Below are positions 25,348 to 32,000 of a stretch of DNA of 32,000 nucleotides, in pieces. The notes below the pieces were generated by a model. That model saw nothing but the letters and a program-made list of their open reading frames with translations. It was not told where the DNA came from and ran no database searches. Position numbers and translations under genes: made by a program. How positions within the stretch are numbered: the first letter of the stretch is position 1; each line of letters opens with the position of its first letter. Source of the stretch: Candidatus Lokiarchaeum ossiferum (GTDB lineage Archaea; Asgardarchaeota; Lokiarchaeia; Sigyniarchaeales; Promethearchaeaceae); NCBI GenBank assembly GCA_025839675.1, contig CP104013.1, positions 1,350,001 through 1,382,000 on the forward strand. Reading direction: 5' to 3'.

Positions 25348-25989
25348 ATGCCAGAGGATAGTGTTCATCCGAAATTTCGTCGAGATCGTCAAGGGAAAAT
25401 CAACCATATAATCAAAGTTTTTTTTGATTTGGTGAAGGAAAAAGGCTATAAAAAAGTAAGCACTAATTTAGTCGCCAAAGAAGCGGGTGTAAGTATCGGA
25501 ACAATCTATCGTTATTTTCCCGAAGGAAAACCGGCAATAATTCGAGAACAATTTAATGAAATATCAGAAAACTTCATAGATTTTTCAGATGTAATCAAAA
25601 TTATTACCAAAAATGATAAAGAAGCAATAACGAGATTTATCAAAAAATACCTGACTTCTCACAGGGACAGTCACACCCTTCATGAAGCCTTTGAATTAGC
25701 GCAAATCGAAAGCCGAGAAATTTTTAGCATGAATGGGGATAATTTAAAAAACTACATCAAGCAATTTTTAACCAAGGCAAAGGATTCTTACCCGATATTA
25801 AGCAAAATTCCCGTAAAAGATGCACAACTTGCATTTTTGGCAGGAATAGATCTAATCGACCATTCGGTCCACCAACATCTCTTTTATGCCCCAATTTTTG
25901 CTTCAGATGAAGAATTAATAGATTACCTTGTTGAACTATTTCAAATGACACTAAATCGGTTTATTTTTAAAAATATGCAAATTAATTAG
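25348..25989 (+). CDS. TetR/AcrR-family transcriptional regulator
   Basis: The N-terminal HTH is IIKVFFDLVKEKGYKKVSTNLVAKEAGVSIGTIYRYFPEGKPAII (T-x-x-x-I-A-x-x-A-G-V-S-x-G-T-x-Y-x-Y-F pattern). The C-terminal ligand domain is helical and variable. Confidence 0.85.
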   Translation: MPEDSVHPKFRRDRQGKINHIIKVFFDLVKEKGYKKVSTNLVAKEAGVSIGTIYRYFPEGKPAIIREQFNEISENFIDFSDVIKIITKNDKEAITRFIKKYLTSHRDSHTLHEAFELAQIESREIFSMNGDNLKNYIKQFLTKAKDSYPILSKIPVKDAQLAFLAGIDLIDHSVHQHLFYAPIFASDEELIDYLVELFQMTLNRFIFKNMQIN

Positions 25990-26114
25990 CTCGTTTTATT
26001 CAATTATTCCAAAATTGCGTATAAAGTTTTTGATCAGTTGTTTTTCGATTCAAAATTCATTTTTATCACTTATTGAGAGAGATAGTTTGTGACAATCAAT
26101 GGGCTCTTCAACTA

Positions 26115-26133
26115 ATATATGAGCACTACTCAT
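26115..26133. promoter_or_regulatory. Operator-like element O2: ATATATGAGCACTACTCAT (perfect ATGAG-N5-CTCAT palindrome)
   Basis: 15/19 identical to O3 and located 29 bp upstream of it. It flanks an AT-rich TATA-like stretch (26134-26147). Confidence 0.5.
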
Positions 26134-26143
26134 TTATTATATT

Positions 26144-26162
26144 ATAACTGAGTCCTACTCAT
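26144..26162. promoter_or_regulatory. Operator-like element O3: ATAACTGAGTCCTACTCAT
   Basis: It has the same arrangement as O1 (TATA-like A/T stretch, then ATAACTGAGTnnTACTCAT). It lies about 165 nt upstream of ATG 26326. Confidence 0.55.
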
Positions 26163-26325
26163 TTATGAAAAAAGTGATTTTAAATGGTAAAAACCCTAAA
26201 TTATAAATTTAAATTAGACCTAGGACAAATGTCTCAGGTTTGTATACGAGAAACAGATTCAATAATCAAAAATGAAGGATCAAGATTTCAAAAGAAAGAT
26301 CAAGAAATTCAGGGAGAACACCTAA

Positions 26326-27657
26326 ATGACTAAACGCATTTTATCCATCGATATTCTTCGTGGGTTTGGGATTATTTTTGTAGTTCTACTTCATGCTTTA
26401 GCCTTCCGAATATTTGGGCAAGATCGCAGTCAAATTCAACAAATTTGGGAAACAACTCCCCCAATCTTAATCATCTTAGCATTGCCATTTGTAATTATTA
26501 CATTATGGGGATCAGTATTCACATTTCTTGGTGGTGTCTCAGTCACTTATTCAATTATTCAAACTGAAAATCGAAATAGTGAAGACGTGCCCAACAAGAT
26601 TCAACATCATTTAGTAAGGAGTCTAATTATTTTGGTGCTTCAATATGTTTTCCTTGCCTTGTTTTCAAACCAAATTTCGGGAAATACATCCCAAATAACG
26701 CACTCACTAATCACGGGATTTTTTGAAACATTGAGTTTCGATACACCCAGTTTCTTGCACTATTTTACCGCAGGAACTTTAGAGGCCATTGCTGCAGGAA
26801 ATATTGTGGTTTCTTTAATTTTATATTTACAATGGAAACGCAATAAGCTCACTAATTTCTCTCACACTTCCAGACGATTTATCATGATTGGGCTAATAAT
26901 TATAATATTCACATTTATAGCTTTTGAAATTATAGGAGATCAAGCAGCCAACATATCATTACTTCAGCAAAATGAAAAATGGGGTCAACTATTGCTCTTT
27001 ATCAAAATTTTTGCTGGAAGATATAGTTTATTCCCCACGCTATCCTATGCAATGTTTGGAGCGGTATTTGGGTATGCTATCGCTAGTAATCAATCCTATA
27101 ACGAAATCAAGAAGTATGGTTTTATTATCGGGGGTATATTTATAGGAATTTTCATGATCTCTCTTCTTCGCGGATTTAATTACATTAAAGACCTCGCAGG
27201 TGAAAATTTACCGCTAAATGTGTATTTGTTTAATCTAGGAGGACAAATGGTCACTTTTACCGCTTTACTCAAAATTGATTATAGTTCACCAAAGAAACGA
27301 GAAATTCATAAAAAACGAGCAAGAATTTTCTTACTTTTCGGAAATTTAACACTCACAATATATTTCTTTGAAGGTATAAATTCAATTCTTTTATATCGAA
27401 TATTTGCCAGCATCTTTTCAATCAATTTTGTGTCGAATGCATGGCTTGTCTTTTTATATGAAAATATGATATTTTTGATTTGGGTAATAATATTGACTTT
27501 ATGGGGTAAATTAAAATTCAATTTCACTATTGAATATTGGATTGGCCTAATCGAGAATAAAGTTAGAAAACTCTTCAATCAAAGATATGTACAAGAAAAC
27601 GAACCCGAATTAGGTGTTTTTAGTGAAATTAAGAACCCAATAATTGTATTAAAATAG
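26326..27657 (+). CDS. DUF1624 / HGSNAT-like membrane acyltransferase, short paralog
   Basis: MTKRILSIDILRGFGIIFVVLLHAL has the same N-terminal signature as the 5679-7412 gene. The protein is 443 aa and polytopic. An AGGGAG purine tract lies about 10 nt before the ATG. Confidence 0.7.
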   Translation: MTKRILSIDILRGFGIIFVVLLHALAFRIFGQDRSQIQQIWETTPPILIILALPFVIITLWGSVFTFLGGVSVTYSIIQTENRNSEDVPNKIQHHLVRSLIILVLQYVFLALFSNQISGNTSQITHSLITGFFETLSFDTPSFLHYFTAGTLEAIAAGNIVVSLILYLQWKRNKLTNFSHTSRRFIMIGLIIIIFTFIAFEIIGDQAANISLLQQNEKWGQLLLFIKIFAGRYSLFPTLSYAMFGAVFGYAIASNQSYNEIKKYGFIIGGIFIGIFMISLLRGFNYIKDLAGENLPLNVYLFNLGGQMVTFTALLKIDYSSPKKREIHKKRARIFLLFGNLTLTIYFFEGINSILLYRIFASIFSINFVSNAWLVFLYENMIFLIWVIILTLWGKLKFNFTIEYWIGLIENKVRKLFNQRYVQENEPELGVFSEIKNPIIVLK

Positions 27658-29076
27658 ATGAAGTTTGATACAGTATTTTCTTTTTTTTTGATACTTTTAA
27701 TATCTTTGAAAGTGACATATTTTTCTATGAGTTTACTTTCACAAATTGCTGTTGGAGTCTGTTTTCTAATTATTATTATTGTTCTTTTCTTTGATGAAAA
27801 TGATTATCTCACCTATTCAGTCTTGCTTATATTAATTGCAGCAGGTATTTCAGCAATAGAACTTGAAGAAGCAAGACATATTGAAACTTACATAAATGCA
27901 ATAGACTGGGAAGTTGTGTTCTTTCTAATAACAATGTTTACTATCGTTGAAATTCTCAATGAAGCCCGCGTTTTTCATGAGATTGCAAAATGGATTGTAT
28001 TTCGATATAAAAATAACATTCGGAAAATGTTTTATGTGATCTGCATTATTTCAACTCTAAGTGCTTCAATACTGGAAGATTTAAGTGTAGCGATCATTTT
28101 TATTCCAATTATCGTATTAACTTGTAAAGATCTTAATATTAATCCAACACCCTTTTTACTCGGCATGACTATTTGCATCAATTTAGCTGCAACATTAACT
28201 CCATTTGGTTCAGCCCAAAATCTTATGATATCAAACTATTTTGGGTTATCCTTCTCTTTCTTTGTCTTAAAATTTGGCCCCTTCTTTTTGGGATCCACCA
28301 TTATCACCCTAATACTTCTTGATTACTTTGTCTTATCAAAAGAAATTAAAAGAAAATGGAAAAATTCATGTGACGAGCACAAAACAGATTTATCAATCAT
28401 GGAAAACGAAGAATTAAAACTTGCAGAGGATCTTCGGACTGATTCAAAGATAATTATCATCAATTTGATTGCTTTGATAATATTTATTGTATTATTACTA
28501 ACAATTCATCAAATTCACGTCGCTGGATTGATTGGGATGTTGATTTTTGTTTTTATTAATCCTCGAATTGGAAAAGCAAAAAAAAAACGCCCAGAACTTT
28601 CGCATTTTTTTCGTAAAGTGGATTATAAATTGATTTACTTTTTTATTTGTCTCTTTATTTTAGTAAATCTTATGGAATTAAATGGAACCATCTTGATTAT
28701 GGAATCTATAATTCAGAATGCAATTTTTGATAATATTTTCATCCTATCTATTTTAATCCTCATAGTCACATCTCTCTTCTCTGGATTTATGGACAATGCT
28801 CCAGTAACCATAATTTTTATGCCAATTATTAAAATCTTGGTTGAAACAGCAGGTTTTGAACTAGTTCCTTTAATTATTGCTTTTGTCCTTGGAATTAATT
28901 TGGGAGGAAATTTTCTTCCCCAAGGAAGTGCTGCCGATATGATGACGTTGGAATTATCAGAAAAATATTGTGTTCAAGATTTGACTTATAAAAAATTAAC
29001 TATAGTGGGCGGATCATTTGCTTTTTTACATATAATATTGGGAGTAATATATCTGGCGATTATCATATATCTTTAA
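27658..29076 (+). CDS. ArsB/NhaD-superfamily (CitMHS/YbiR-like) ion/anion permease
   Basis: 472 aa with more than 10 TM helices. DWEVVFFLITMFTIVEILNEARVFHEIAKWI and GFMDNAPVTIIFMPII are the characteristic re-entrant motifs of this superfamily. The ATG directly abuts the upstream TAG (27655-27657), which indicates an operon. Confidence 0.75.
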   Translation: MKFDTVFSFFLILLISLKVTYFSMSLLSQIAVGVCFLIIIIVLFFDENDYLTYSVLLILIAAGISAIELEEARHIETYINAIDWEVVFFLITMFTIVEILNEARVFHEIAKWIVFRYKNNIRKMFYVICIISTLSASILEDLSVAIIFIPIIVLTCKDLNINPTPFLLGMTICINLAATLTPFGSAQNLMISNYFGLSFSFFVLKFGPFFLGSTIITLILLDYFVLSKEIKRKWKNSCDEHKTDLSIMENEELKLAEDLRTDSKIIIINLIALIIFIVLLLTIHQIHVAGLIGMLIFVFINPRIGKAKKKRPELSHFFRKVDYKLIYFFICLFILVNLMELNGTILIMESIIQNAIFDNIFILSILILIVTSLFSGFMDNAPVTIIFMPIIKILVETAGFELVPLIIAFVLGINLGGNFLPQGSAADMMTLELSEKYCVQDLTYKKLTIVGGSFAFLHIILGVIYLAIIIYL

Positions 29077-29233
29077 CAATATTTCTAATAATGTTCCTTT
29101 AAGAATTCATTTAAAGTGTAGAAATTGTAAAAAAAATCCCATTTGTGAATAATAAATAAAGAAGATTTGGTTTTTTATGCACTTTCGGTGATTCTTTCAA
29201 GGTAACAGATATGTTTTTTTTCTGATGGCTATT

Positions 29234-29488
29234 CTATTCAGTAGAAGAATCAGGTAAAAATTCCGGATGTTCCAGTAGCCATTTACTCAAATTATGGGCC
29301 GATTCTAAATCAGGATCTTCCATGAGCGATTTTTCATATAATAATTGGATCTGACTTTGATAGGGATTCACATTCTCTTTTTTCAAAGGAATTTTTTCAT
29401 TAGAGTCAATCTCTGACACTTCCAAAATAATCTTATCTTCGGGAACTGCTGAAACCCTCTTTTGCGCCCGTTTTTTAAATAATCTCAA
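29234..29488 (-). CDS. Hypothetical small charged protein
   Basis: 84 codons of non-repetitive, protein-like composition (…NPYQSQIQLLYEKSLMEDPDLESAHNLSKWLLEHPEF…). The only available start is TTG, with no upstream ATG before an in-frame stop. Confidence 0.3.
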   Translation of the reverse strand: MRLFKKRAQKRVSAVPEDKIILEVSEIDSNEKIPLKKENVNPYQSQIQLLYEKSLMEDPDLESAHNLSKWLLEHPEFLPDSSTE

Positions 29489-29884
29489 TCTTGATCCATC
29501 TTTCCTTTTTTACTAAGGTAATAAAAATACAATGAGTATTTAATTTTAGGTGTCAAATAGAGAAATTATCTAATAGTTCATTTTTTACATTTTTTTTATC
29601 AAAAATTGATGCCTCTAAAAAATTACCAAGGCCAATAAAAAATAAAAACATTGTCTGATAGAATAACTTGGTGAAAGAAAACTATGAGTGATCATTTTCT
29701 CCAGAATAAGCAAGTTTAACACATGTTTTAGAAATAATCCTCCAGGTTCGCCACGAACTTCTGTTTTTACTAAAATCCACTTTGGAATAAATTGTTTTAG
29801 AGAATTTTCTCCGCAATGGATATTAGCACAAGATTTTTTTCTCCCTTTTAACCAAATTAAAAACTCAACTTTAGGTGAAACCCG

Positions 29885-32000
29885 ATGGAAAACTATTTAG
29901 AACAATTCAGAGCCATTGAACAAAAATGGCAAAGCCGATGGCAAAAAGACGCCGTATTTAACGGAAAAATCGATAAAACCAAACCGAAATGGTTTATCAC
30001 GGTACCCTATCCCTATACTTCGGGACCACTGCATATTGGACATTGTCGGACGTACAATTTAGGGGATATTTTTGCGAGGTATAAACGACAAACGGGCTTT
30101 AATGTTATGTGGCCTATGGCATACCACATTACTGGAACACCCATTTTATCAATATCTTCGCGAATTGAACGTAAAGAACCAAAAGTATGGGATCAATACC
30201 GAAAATATGTGGGCATCTATGAGAAAAATCCCCAAAAAGTCGATGAAATCATTTCTTCATTCACTGAACCGATGAATGTGGCCATGTACTTTGCAAAACA
30301 TCTGATGCAAGATTGGCAATCCATGGGATTTTCCTTAGATACCAGTCGCCAATTTACCACTGGTGATCCCGAATATAAGAAATTCATTGAGTGGCAATAT
30401 CATCATTTACATAAGAAGGAATATATCACCAAAGGCACCTATCCCATTTTATGGTGTAAACAATGTCAAAATGCGGTGGGTGAAGATGATATATTAGGTG
30501 GAGATGAGCAAAAAGTTGAAGTTTCAGAATTTGTGGGCATGAAATACAAATTCGATGCAAAAACCTTCATCGTCGCCGCAACTTTACGCCCAGAAACAAT
30601 TTATGGAGCGACCAATTTATGGGTGCATCCCGATGCCACTTATTCAAAGATTCATATTGATGGAGAACAGTGGATTGTTGCAGGTGATGTAATACCGAAG
30701 TTACGGGAGCAAAATCATGAAATCGCAATCATTGAAGAATTTCCAGGAAGCAAATTAGTAGATCATGAGATTGAGGTACCTTGGACAGAGCAGAAAATTC
30801 CAATTTACCCTGCAATTTTTGTTAATACTGCTCATGCTACAGGCGTAGTATATAGTGTCCCAGCCCATGCTCCTTTCGATTATGCCGCGATTAAAGATTT
30901 ACAAGCGGATGATGCAACAATTGAGAAATATAATATTGATCGTGATCGATTATCAGCAATTATGCCCATTTCCATCATTTCCGTAAAACAATATGGAGAA
31001 TTTCCAGCCGTGGAAATATATGAACGGATGAGGATAAAAAATCAAGATGATGCAGAACAGTTAGAAAAAGCAACCCAAGAACTGTATCGGGATGAATTTT
31101 ATTCTGGGATCATGAAAAAAAATACAGGGATCTTTGCCGGAATGAAGGTAGAACACGCCAAGGATCATGCCGCGATAAAATTCTTTGAACAAAAGATCGC
31201 TTCAAAGATATATGAAGTATCACGAAAAGTTCAATGTCGGTGTGGTGAAACGGTTTCAGTTGCGATTTTGAAAGATCAATACTTCTTAAATTACGCAAAC
31301 ACGGAATGGAAAATGCAAGCAAAAGAAATGTTGGATCAAATGACAATCACCCCCAAAAAATATCGATCCAGCTTTGAATTTACATTCAATTGGTTAGACA
31401 AACGTCCCTGCGTGCGAAAACGAGGCATCGGTACAGAATTTCCGATCACTAAAGGAAAAGGGTGGATCATCGAATCCTTAAGCGATTCGGTGATTTATAT
31501 GGCCTTTTATACCATCATTCGAACGATTCATGAAGCAAAAATTGAAGATCAGCAATTAACCATTGAATTCTTCGATTATATTTTCAAGGATCAAGGTAAC
31601 ATTGATGATGTATTCCAGCAAACCAATATACCCAAGAATGTTCTAAACCAAATCAAGCAAGAATTTGAATATTGGTATCCCAATGATTTCCGTCATACAG
31701 CGATTGCACATATATCCAATCATCTATCCTTCGCAGTATTTCACCATGCAGCCATTTTTGCTAAGAACTATTGGTTGAAATCCTTTTCATTGAATAATAT
31801 GTTAATACGGGAAGGAAAAAAGATGGGTAAAAGCAAAGGAAATGTCATCCCGATGGCAGAAATTCCCAAAAAATATAGTGTGGATTTGACCCGCTTACAT
31901 TTAGCCTCAGTAGCGACAGCCGATTCAGTAATTGATTGGAAGGAGCAAGAAGTTATGCATTCATTGAAACGGTTGATAAAATTTTGGGAATTAGTTGAGA
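29885..32000 (+). CDS. leuS: Leucine--tRNA ligase, archaeal/eukaryotic type (3' end outside window)
   Basis: I translated the frame from ATG 29885 by hand and it stays open. It reads MENYLEQFRAIEQKWQSRWQKDAVF...FITVPYPYTSGPLHIGHCRTYNLGDIFARYKRQTGFNVMWPMAYHITGTPI (HIGH motif) ... editing-domain region ... KMGKSKGNV (KMSKS motif at 31820-31834) ... DSVIDWKEQEV. This ORF is absent from the supplied track, which is consistent with it running off the window edge. See the rejected note about the last 20 nt. Confidence 0.9.
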   Translation, partial: MENYLEQFRAIEQKWQSRWQKDAVFNGKIDKTKPKWFITVPYPYTSGPLHIGHCRTYNLGDIFARYKRQTGFNVMWPMAYHITGTPILSISSRIERKEPKVWDQYRKYVGIYEKNPQKVDEIISSFTEPMNVAMYFAKHLMQDWQSMGFSLDTSRQFTTGDPEYKKFIEWQYHHLHKKEYITKGTYPILWCKQCQNAVGEDDILGGDEQKVEVSEFVGMKYKFDAKTFIVAATLRPETIYGATNLWVHPDATYSKIHIDGEQWIVAGDVIPKLREQNHEIAIIEEFPGSKLVDHEIEVPWTEQKIPIYPAIFVNTAHATGVVYSVPAHAPFDYAAIKDLQADDATIEKYNIDRDRLSAIMPISIISVKQYGEFPAVEIYERMRIKNQDDAEQLEKATQELYRDEFYSGIMKKNTGIFAGMKVEHAKDHAAIKFFEQKIASKIYEVSRKVQCRCGETVSVAILKDQYFLNYANTEWKMQAKEMLDQMTITPKKYRSSFEFTFNWLDKRPCVRKRGIGTEFPITKGKGWIIESLSDSVIYMAFYTIIRTIHEAKIEDQQLTIEFFDYIFKDQGNIDDVFQQTNIPKNVLNQIKQEFEYWYPNDFRHTAIAHISNHLSFAVFHHAAIFAKNYWLKSFSLNNMLIREGKKMGKSKGNVIPMAEIPKKYSVDLTRLHLASVATADSVIDWKEQEVMHSLKRLIKFWELVE

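Noticed and set aside
29741-29763. Small hairpin (AGGTTCG-CCA-CGAACTT) and a slightly GC-richer patch in the roughly 400-bp region upstream of leuS. I considered an ncRNA or tRNA fragment.
   Set aside because: No cloverleaf, no conserved T-loop or D-loop sequences, a 3-nt loop and only a 7-bp stem. The evidence is not sufficient for an RNA gene call.
29688-31346. ORFs 29688-29900 (+), 30072-30275 (+) and 31110-31346 (-) around and inside leuS.
   Set aside because: The latter two are out of frame with, or antisense to, the hand-translated LeuRS frame. The first has an alternative start, overlaps the leuS ATG and has no protein-like features.
31979-31993. Apparent in-frame TAG at 31991-31993 that would truncate LeuRS at about 702 aa. 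By my count the printed sequence also has 31,999 rather than 32,000 bases.
   Set aside because: Reading the printed letters gives ...RLINFGN*. The homolog-consistent reading (...KRLIKFWELVE, compare the RFYELI region after KMSKS in archaeal LeuRS) needs one more A in the gataaa/tttt junction. The supplied ORF track does not list a closed ORF here, which implies the frame runs off the window. The most likely explanations are a miscount on my side or a one-base display or homopolymer problem, not biology. It is worth checking in the raw sequence.

Overview
This is a strongly AT-rich chromosomal segment that looks archaeal. The evidence is an archaeal/eukaryotic-type leucyl-tRNA synthetase, TATA-like boxes about 25 nt upstream of many ATGs with no Shine-Dalgarno sequence, oligo-T tracts after stop codons, and long intergenic spacers. 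From composition and gene content I infer an Asgard (Lokiarchaeia-like) origin, but this is not proven. I support about 27 protein-coding genes. I found no rRNA, tRNA, CRISPR array, transposase or integrase.

Gene content, in order:
- a TM2-domain protein (5' partial) and a short TPR protein
- a 964-aa surface protein with nine FN3 domains, a signal peptide, many N-glycosylation sequons and a C-terminal anchor
- divergently from it, a polytopic membrane protein whose Cys / N-x-x-R / H-D-L-I-Y motifs resemble exosortase/archaeosortase transpeptidases
- two DUF1624/HGSNAT-like membrane acyltransferase paralogs
- a GSA-aminomutase-like class III aminotransferase translationally coupled to a class II aldolase
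- OsmC, a Gfo/Idh/MocA oxidoreductase, GH2 and GH3 glycosidases, a ferredoxin-nitroreductase fusion and a GGCT-like protein
- a hybrid sensor kinase with an extracellular solute-binding domain
- a small protein that aligns by eye with sigma-adaptin/longin small chains
- a DUF438-hemerythrin-PAS sensor, a thioredoxin-like protein and an aldo/keto reductase
- a TetR regulator with three copies of a 19-bp operator-like element, an ArsB/NhaD-type permease, and leuS (3' partial)

The leads I consider most interesting are:
1. the archaeosortase-like gene paired with the FN3 glycoprotein, a candidate new sorting signal
2. the sigma-adaptin/longin-like protein
3. the TetR operator set controlling a DUF1624-permease operon
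4. the aminomutase-aldolase pair, whose pathway is unknown

All functional calls come from motif recognition by eye. No database search was run.
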